Shown: piece after piece, positions 55,873-61,501 of the stretch
How the letters are laid out: each line of letters starts with the position of its first letter
Numbering within the stretch: position 1 is the first letter of the stretch
Origin: Deltaproteobacteria bacterium
GTDB lineage: Bacteria > Desulfobacterota > Syntrophobacteria > BM002
Direction of reading: 5' to 3'
Assembly (NCBI GenBank): GCA_022340745.1
Contig: JAJDNL010000197.1
Coordinates: forward strand, 1 to 61,501
Length of the DNA: 61,501 nucleotides
Notes under the pieces: model-generated
Databases searched by the model: none
What the model saw: only the letters and a program-made list of their open reading frames with translations
What the model was told of the DNA's origin: nothing
Translations under genes and position numbers: made by a program

Positions 55873-56943
55873 ATGATAGTACTGGGTATCGAAAGCTCCT
55901 GTGATGAGACTGCTGCAGCTGTGGTGGAAGATGGGCACCGCATTCTTTCGAGCGTGGTTGCATCCCAAACTGCCATTCATAGTCCCTATGGGGGTGTGGT
56001 GCCGGAGTTGGCCTCGAGGCAGCACGTGAAGGTGATTGTCCCGGTGGTTTCCGAAGCGCTACAGCGGGCAGGTCTTGACTTGTCCGCTGTTGATGCTATC
56101 GCCGTTACCCAGGGACCAGGACTGGTGGGCTCACTTCTCGTGGGGATTGGAGTGGCCAAAGGGCTGGCTTACGCTAGCGGGAAACCACTGGTTGCGGTAA
56201 ATCATCTAGAGGGCCATATTCTGGCTGCTTTCTTGGAGGAATCACCACCTTCTTTTCCAGTAATTGCTCTGGTGGTCTCCGGGGGGCACACCAACCTTTA
56301 TGCAGTCAACAACTACAGCAACGTTACTCTTGTGGGCCGAACCAGGGACGATGCAGCGGGCGAGGCTTTTGACAAAGTGGCCAAGTTTCTTGATCTTGGC
56401 TACCCAGGCGGGGTGGTTATTGACGAGTTGGCCCGCAGTGGAAATCCCAGCGCCATTTCTTTTCCCAGGGCTTACCTGGAGAAAGACTCCCTGGATTTTA
56501 GCTTCAGTGGTATCAAGACGGCAGTAGTCAATTTCGTCCGAAAATATGTGGATTCCAATAAGGGTGGAAGTATTGGCATTTCCGAAAACAATGGCGACCT
56601 GGCAAAACAACTCCCTGTTCAGCTCGCCGATATAGCAGCCAGTTTCCAGGAGGCGGTGGTTGATGTGTTGGTGGCTAAGACCTGTTCAGCGGCTCAACGC
56701 TTTGATGCACGTCAGGTGGTGGTGGCTGGTGGGGTGGCCGCCAATAGCCGCCTGCGGGAGCGTCTGCGGGAGGAGATGGCCAGACTTGGTTTGCCGTTGA
56801 TGTTACCCAGAGCGGAGCTATGCACTGATAACGCGGCCATGGTCGCTGCCGCTGGTTTTCATCAGTTGGAAAAGACCGGCGGGAGTTGGGATTTTGATTT
56901 TGACGCCATTTCCCGCTGGCCGGATAAAACAGCAGGTAGCTAG
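55873..56943 (+). CDS. tsaD: tRNA N6-adenosine threonylcarbamoyltransferase TsaD
   Basis: It has MIVLGIESSCDETAAAVV, VNHLEGH and VSGGHT motifs. Confidence 0.95.
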   Translation: MIVLGIESSCDETAAAVVEDGHRILSSVVASQTAIHSPYGGVVPELASRQHVKVIVPVVSEALQRAGLDLSAVDAIAVTQGPGLVGSLLVGIGVAKGLAYASGKPLVAVNHLEGHILAAFLEESPPSFPVIALVVSGGHTNLYAVNNYSNVTLVGRTRDDAAGEAFDKVAKFLDLGYPGGVVIDELARSGNPSAISFPRAYLEKDSLDFSFSGIKTAVVNFVRKYVDSNKGGSIGISENNGDLAKQLPVQLADIAASFQEAVVDVLVAKTCSAAQRFDARQVVVAGGVAANSRLRERLREEMARLGLPLMLPRAELCTDNAAMVAAAGFHQLEKTGGSWDFDFDAISRWPDKTAGS

Positions 56944-56973
56944 CTGGTTGGAGTCTGAGCGCGAGCGCCAAGG

Positions 56974-57148
56974 GCGTCATTTCGGAATCCACCGCAGGCG
57001 GATATCCGGAATCCAGAGAAAACGATATCTAATTGGATACCCCTTCGACTTCGCTCAGGGTGGTGAGTCCTTCGACTTTGCTCAGGACCGTGAGCCTGTC
57101 GAACGGCCTGTCGAACCACGGATTTCGTCTGCCGTAGGAAGACTCGTC
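56974..57148. repeat. REP-like composite palindrome (CGTCATTTCGGAATCC...TCCGGTATGACG) carrying an internal TTCGACTTCGCTCAGGG...GAGCCTGTCGAA module
   Basis: It is related to 9713-9850, 13752-13923 and 18257-18398. Confidence 0.75.
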
Positions 57149-57192
57149 CGGTATGACGTCTCGGATGGAAAGAAAAAAGGAGACCAATAGTC

Positions 57193-58167
57193 ATGGCTGA
57201 AAATTTTGGCAAGATACTACTGACAGGAGCCACGGGTTTCGTGGGAGGTCGATTGCTTCATGCTCTCACTGGCCACGGCATGGAAGTGCGTTGTTTAGTA
57301 CGCTCAGCCGAAAAACTTCGGAAACGTCTTTTTCCTGAAGAAGAAGTTGAAATTGTTACGGGCGACTTACTCAAGCCGGAAACTCTGGACAAAGCCCTGG
57401 ACGGCATTGAGGTGGCCTACTATATGGTCCATTCAATGGGTGGTCGCACCATCGGAGAAAACAAGGTTTTTGCCGAAAGGGACCGAAGTGCCGCACGACA
57501 TTTCGTCAAGGCCGCGGACAGAGCTGGTTTAGCCCGAATCGTTTACCTTGGCGGTCTGGGCGAGACCGGCGATAATCTTTCTAAGCATTTAGCTAGTCGG
57601 CAAGAGGTGGCCCAGATCCTTTCCTCGGGGCGGGCGCAAATAACCGAACTGCGGGCGCCAAACATAATGGGAGCCGGCGGCGCACCCTTTGAGATGCTTC
57701 GCTCCCTGGTGGAGCGGTTACCGGTAATGGTCTGCCCCAGATGGATTGAAACTCGAGCACAACCCATTGACATCCGGGACATGGTTCATTACCTCATTGG
57801 TTGTCTTCGGGAGCCTGCCACTACTGGTCTATCATTGGATGTGGGTGGCCCGGAAATTCTTTCCTACCGAGATATGATGGAGATCTATGCCCGGGTACGA
57901 GGGCTGAAGAGACTCATTATTACCGTTCCGGTGCTCACTCCTCGTCTCTCCACCTACTGGGTTAACCTGGTGACGCCGGTACCATCTGGAATCGTAAATC
58001 CTCTGGTGGAAGGCTTACGGAATGAGGTTATTTGCAGAGACAATCGTATCCAGGAACTCATACCCATCGAGCTCACGACTTTTGAGCAATCAATTTGTAA
58101 CGCTTTGCAGGAAGTGGAAAAAGGACCGGGGAAATTGATGTCCCGACAGTCGTGCTTTCTGAAATGA
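57193..58167 (+). CDS. NAD(P)H-binding NmrA/SDR-like protein
   Basis: It has the Rossmann motif LLTGATGFVGGRLL. Confidence 0.8.
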   Translation: MAENFGKILLTGATGFVGGRLLHALTGHGMEVRCLVRSAEKLRKRLFPEEEVEIVTGDLLKPETLDKALDGIEVAYYMVHSMGGRTIGENKVFAERDRSAARHFVKAADRAGLARIVYLGGLGETGDNLSKHLASRQEVAQILSSGRAQITELRAPNIMGAGGAPFEMLRSLVERLPVMVCPRWIETRAQPIDIRDMVHYLIGCLREPATTGLSLDVGGPEILSYRDMMEIYARVRGLKRLIITVPVLTPRLSTYWVNLVTPVPSGIVNPLVEGLRNEVICRDNRIQELIPIELTTFEQSICNALQEVEKGPGKLMSRQSCFLK

Positions 58168-58219
58168 ACAACTTAATCACGAAGGCCAGGTCATAGTTCC
58201 ATTGCTTTGCCGGTAACGA

Positions 58220-58296
58220 GGTTTCAGGTTTCAGTGTTCAGGTTTCAGCTTTTAAGTTTCTTTTTCCTGACACCTGAAACCCGACACCTGAAACCC
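58220..58296. repeat. GGTTTCAG/CCTGACACC element, full copy
   Basis: The sequence is GGTTTCAGGTTTCAGTGTTCAGGTTTCAG-CTTTTAAG-TTTCTTTTTCCTGACACCTGAAACCCGACACCTGAAACCC. Confidence 0.85.
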
Positions 58297-58441
58297 TGAG
58301 ACTTACTGCTTAGAATTTGATATGCTGCAATGCCTATCACTCCAGGAGATCACCCCAAAAGGGTAAAGAGTAACTAATCCCCTCAACCTGCAATCCAAAG
58401 CCAAATCTCTCGGCCCGGGTTCTTTTCTACTTCACCGCTCA

Positions 58442-58636
58442 TTAGCCATTGTGGTAGCCCTTACCGCAAAAAGGGCTGGCGGCCAAGGCAGGAATGCTGC
58501 ATTCTAAGTGTCTTCTCGCATCCCTACGCATAGAGCGCCACATGATATAGTCATCTTCTTCAGGCCATATTTCGATACCAGGGCCAGCCCAACCAGATTT
58601 CAATCTTTTCTCATTTTCATCTCTATATTCTTTCAT
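58442..58636 (-). CDS. Hypothetical protein (64 aa)
   Basis: It has a GGAGGG RBS 8 nt upstream and lies downstream of, and co-oriented with, the lipoprotein hydrolase. Confidence 0.4.
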   Translation of the reverse strand: MKEYRDENEKRLKSGWAGPGIEIWPEEDDYIMWRSMRRDARRHLECSIPALAASPFCGKGYHNG

Positions 58637-58696
58637 TATTCAACCCTCCATTTAGTCTTCATGATCATTATCTACTTTTCTGGAAAATTAGGTACA

Positions 58697-59515
58697 CTAC
58701 CCTCTTGGCTCGGGGCCTGCAACTACCACTCCTTCCTCAGCAATCATCTCCGGCTTCATGTAATCAATTTCTGATAGGATAAAGTGTTCCACCGTACTCC
58801 ACACTTCTGGGTCCGCATCCATTTTGCTATGGGGAACGGATAATAACCTTCTCTCCCACGGTACACCTGACATATCAACTTCCTTGTCCTTGTAGTCAAA
58901 TTTCAAGTTCGCGATAATTTGTGTTTTGTCTGGATCTTGCGGGACAATCTCATCCTCTCCCACAAGTAACCACCCATCAAGTTGATAAAGGTTAGCAGCA
59001 CGTTTCACATTTGATGGAATTACATGATCATCATACATAAAGCCTACGCTATCAATCTGGACAGTAAGCAAAATCGGAATACCCATATCTTTAAGACTAT
59101 GAGATAATTTTACTACCGCGGCACCGCCAAGGCTGTGACCATACATAATTAGACGAACAGTGGTGCGCTCCCTCTCATCAAGATGACCGTCTCGGTTTCT
59201 ATCAAAAGAGCTATGAATCAATTCCATAGCCAGATCGCGTTTCCTATTCTCGAGCGTCTCAATGTGGACTTGGGAAATATTCATAGCATCAATCTTCTTT
59301 GCTAATTGCCTTACACCCCTGCTCGCATCATCCCAACTCTCACGACCACCAAGAAAACCCAGAATAAGCGTCTGATTATCTTCTAACGGTGTTGGGGTGG
59401 AGAAATGGTGGTACTGCTGCCCTCTAATGGAAGCGCACCCTGTCTGAAGAGCAACAACAATAAGCAAGGCGGCCAACCAACCTAAATTCACTGCCACTCT
59501 CTTTTTTTCTTTCAT
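58697..59515 (-). CDS. Lipoprotein with alpha/beta-hydrolase (lipase/esterase-like) nucleophile elbow
   Basis: It has a signal peptide with a lipobox (LQTGC) and GHSLGG. Its GC content is lower than its surroundings. Confidence 0.65.
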   Translation of the reverse strand: MKEKKRVAVNLGWLAALLIVVALQTGCASIRGQQYHHFSTPTPLEDNQTLILGFLGGRESWDDASRGVRQLAKKIDAMNISQVHIETLENRKRDLAMELIHSSFDRNRDGHLDERERTTVRLIMYGHSLGGAAVVKLSHSLKDMGIPILLTVQIDSVGFMYDDHVIPSNVKRAANLYQLDGWLLVGEDEIVPQDPDKTQIIANLKFDYKDKEVDMSGVPWERRLLSVPHSKMDADPEVWSTVEHFILSEIDYMKPEMIAEEGVVVAGPEPRG

Positions 59516-59663
59516 GATCTCTAACTCCAAGCCTTTGTGTTTTGTTCAGCACTAATAGTTGTCTGCGATTACTGTGCTCGTCTCGTTGTGTTGATAAAAG
59601 ATCAGTCTGAATTTGAGATTTGCAACGGTAAACGATTGGGGTGGTAATGGTAGGTAAAAACTA

Positions 59664-60620
59664 CTATATGAGTGAAAGCAGGTGGGTTCTGAGGTTGGCC
59701 TTTTTGTTCTTCAAACCGAGTTTGTCCCGGATGTTTTTCCGGTGGAAGTCCACCGCATTCATGGAGAGATTCAACATTTCGGCTATTTCTTTGCTGGCTT
59801 TCCCTTCCTTGACAAGAGTAGCCACTTGTATTTCCCTGGGAGTGAGATTTAGGTATTTCGAGGACAGCTGGTGCAGGAAAGGAGAGATAATGTCATTGAG
59901 GTTGGATTCGACTATTTCCAGGTAAGCCTTTTGCCTGGTGTCCAGACCAGCGTTTTTCAGATCTTTAAGATAGGGCATTATGAGTTCTTTGACGTTTACC
60001 AGTACCTTTTCTTCAAGTTCATGTTTGTCTTCTTCTCTTGCTTTCAGCAGAACTCTCAACGCTGTATTGGTTTGCTCAAGTTTTTGCGTTTGCAGTTCAA
60101 GTTCCAGCTCCCGCTCTCTCAAGGCCTCCTCGGCAAGCTTGATAGCAGTGACGTCCTCGTGGCTCACTACCACTCTCAGGGGGCCAGGATCAGCCATGCG
60201 AGTGGCCCTGACGTAACACCAGCGCTTCTCATCGGGTGAATGGCACGGGTAATCAGTGGCAAATTCGCTTATATCACCGGCAATTACTCTTCTGATCCCA
60301 TCAGCAACTTCATGTGCTTTTTCCACTTCTTTGGGATCGCCTACAGCTGAATCACATATCCCAAGATAATTCAAACCGACAGTGTCGGGCGGTGTCTCGA
60401 TCTTGTTCTCCAAGCCGAATCTTTGCCACGACCGGTTTGTTTCTAAGATGACGCCATTTTCATCCAATATGGCCATGTTGGCTGATAAGGAGTCCATTGC
60501 TACGTTGATGTACTGCCCAGTTAACCGGAGGGATTTTGTGGCCTCTTTAAGCGTGAGGGCCTCATCCTCTAATTCTTTGACCTTTTGTAAAAGTTCTTCA
60601 TATGTTGGAGCAGATGTCAT
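59664..60620 (-). CDS. PAS-domain LuxR-family transcriptional regulator
   Basis: It has an N-terminal coiled coil, a PAS region (YPCHSPDEKRW), a second coiled coil and a C-terminal LuxR HTH (LTPREIQVATLVKEGKASKEIAEMLNLS..VDFHRKNIRDKLG). Confidence 0.85.
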   Translation of the reverse strand: MTSAPTYEELLQKVKELEDEALTLKEATKSLRLTGQYINVAMDSLSANMAILDENGVILETNRSWQRFGLENKIETPPDTVGLNYLGICDSAVGDPKEVEKAHEVADGIRRVIAGDISEFATDYPCHSPDEKRWCYVRATRMADPGPLRVVVSHEDVTAIKLAEEALRERELELELQTQKLEQTNTALRVLLKAREEDKHELEEKVLVNVKELIMPYLKDLKNAGLDTRQKAYLEIVESNLNDIISPFLHQLSSKYLNLTPREIQVATLVKEGKASKEIAEMLNLSMNAVDFHRKNIRDKLGLKNKKANLRTHLLSLI

Positions 60621-60637
60621 GAATGGTACCCTTTGTG

Positions 60638-61501
60638 TCAGTGCAAGTGCTTTTGAATGTAGGTGTTGACTTTGAATTTCCGTTCGCAGCCACCATAACT
60701 CATGTAGCGTATCTTGCCAAAAATGGGACGCTCCTTCCAGGCCCGGTCGTGGACTCCCCCTATACTCCAGGCGATGCCAACATAGCCGTTTGCATCCCTG
60801 CCGTCGAGCTCATATTTGTCGTTGAGCAGGATGGCAACTTCCAGTGCCTCTTCTGGGGAAGCGGTCCATTCCAAAATCTTCTTGGCCCAATACATCCTCA
60901 AGTAGCCGTGCATCTTTCCTCTGTGAACCATTTCCATTTGTGCAGCATTCCAGAGGTCATCGTGGGTTTTGCCATTCTCAAACTGCTCCAGGGAATAGAG
61001 ATACTCTCTCTTGTCGCCACGATGTTCGTTAAGAGTTTTCTGGGCCCATTCCGGGAATCCAGCGAACCGGTCGTAGTCTTGATTATAGAAGCAGAAGTTA
61101 TCCGAAAGCTCGCGGCGGACAATGAGTTCCTCCAGGAAATCATCCTTGGACTCTTTGTTCACCTTCTTTTTTTGCACTTCCAGCGCCACCCGCTGCGCTG
61201 AGATCTGGCCGAAATGGAGGTACGGAGAGAGATTGGATACACCATCTTCGTTGGGATCATTTCTCTTAGAACCGTAACCTGAAAGTTTATTGGTCAGAAA
61301 ACGATGCAGAGCTGACGCTGCTGCCTTTTCTCCTGGCACAAGCCAGTCAACCTCGGGGACAGAGCGATCAATTTTAAGGGATCTGTCAGCTTCGTCCCAG
61401 TTTGTCTTCTTCACTTTCTTGGGCCAAGGAAAGGGATGTTTCTGCACCAGCGGAAAAGCCTTTAGAAACTCAGGGAGAGCACGATGGATCTTCTTTCGTA
61501 A
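60638..61501 (-). CDS. phr: Class II CPD photolyase, C-terminal FAD-binding part (5' end lies beyond the window)
   Basis: It has [45 protein letters not shown] and FGKIRYM. The frame stays open to position 61501. Confidence 0.85.
   Translation of the reverse strand, partial: LRKKIHRALPEFLKAFPLVQKHPFPWPKKVKKTNWDEADRSLKIDRSVPEVDWLVPGEKAAASALHRFLTNKLSGYGSKRNDPNEDGVSNLSPYLHFGQISAQRVALEVQKKKVNKESKDDFLEELIVRRELSDNFCFYNQDYDRFAGFPEWAQKTLNEHRGDKREYLYSLEQFENGKTHDDLWNAAQMEMVHRGKMHGYLRMYWAKKILEWTASPEEALEVAILLNDKYELDGRDANGYVGIAWSIGGVHDRAWKERPIFGKIRYMSYGGCERKFKVNTYIQKHLH

Noticed and set aside
59664-60620. LOV-type blue-light sensor next to the photolyase
   Set aside because: The PAS domain lacks the flavin-adduct motif GxNCRFLQ. 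It is a generic PAS domain of unknown ligand.

Overview
The window reads as a chromosomal, mostly housekeeping segment of an anaerobic bacterium. A Qrc-type quinone reductase operon, citramalate synthase and a class II photolyase suggest a Desulfobacterota-like (delta-proteobacterial) sulfate reducer or syntroph. That taxonomic call is inference only.

I support about 55 protein genes:
- Membrane and envelope: an EamA transporter and pqiA(split)-pqiB-pqiC.
- Fe-S assembly: a NifS-like/IscU pair.
- Heat shock: cbpA-cbpM-clpB.
- The origin-type cluster rpmH-rnpA-yidD-yidC-jag-mnmE-rsmG.
- Respiration: qrcABCD-like genes.
- Other core genes: nadB, infA, csp, mazG, cvpA, phoH-pgpH-ybeY, pdxJ-acpS-nnr-tsaE, lysC, cimA, comEA, moaA and tsaD.
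- A 3'-terminal photolyase / PAS-LuxR / lipoprotein-hydrolase cluster.

rpmH (25226-25360) is missing from the ORF track and was found by hand translation.

Two RNA features are called. One is an Alu-domain-containing (long-type) SRP RNA at 37958-38232. The other is a 180-nt rod-like candidate ncRNA with 6S-like architecture at 11857-12036.

No obvious novel multi-gene system (defence, mobile element, CRISPR) was found. The most unusual property of the window is non-coding: nearly every intergenic region over 100 bp is filled with low-complexity stutter hairpins. These are built from tandem 7-nt units (also 8- and 14-nt units), and the modules recur at many loci. There are also three larger repeat families:
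- a 184-bp GTCATTA/TAATGAC element;
- an ~80-bp GGTTTCAG/CCTGACACC inverted-repeat element;
- CGTCATYCCGG REP-like palindromes.

Other points of interest:
- a NifS/IscS homologue whose PLP-binding Lys is replaced (HK to NQ), next to an IscU with a Cys-rich C-terminal tail;
- a pqiA gene split exactly into its two halves;
- a 101-nt pgpH/ybeY overlap;
- two lower-GC islets (about 3.2-4.5 kb and 58.2-61.5 kb).

All homology calls rest on motif recognition in the supplied translations. No database search was run.
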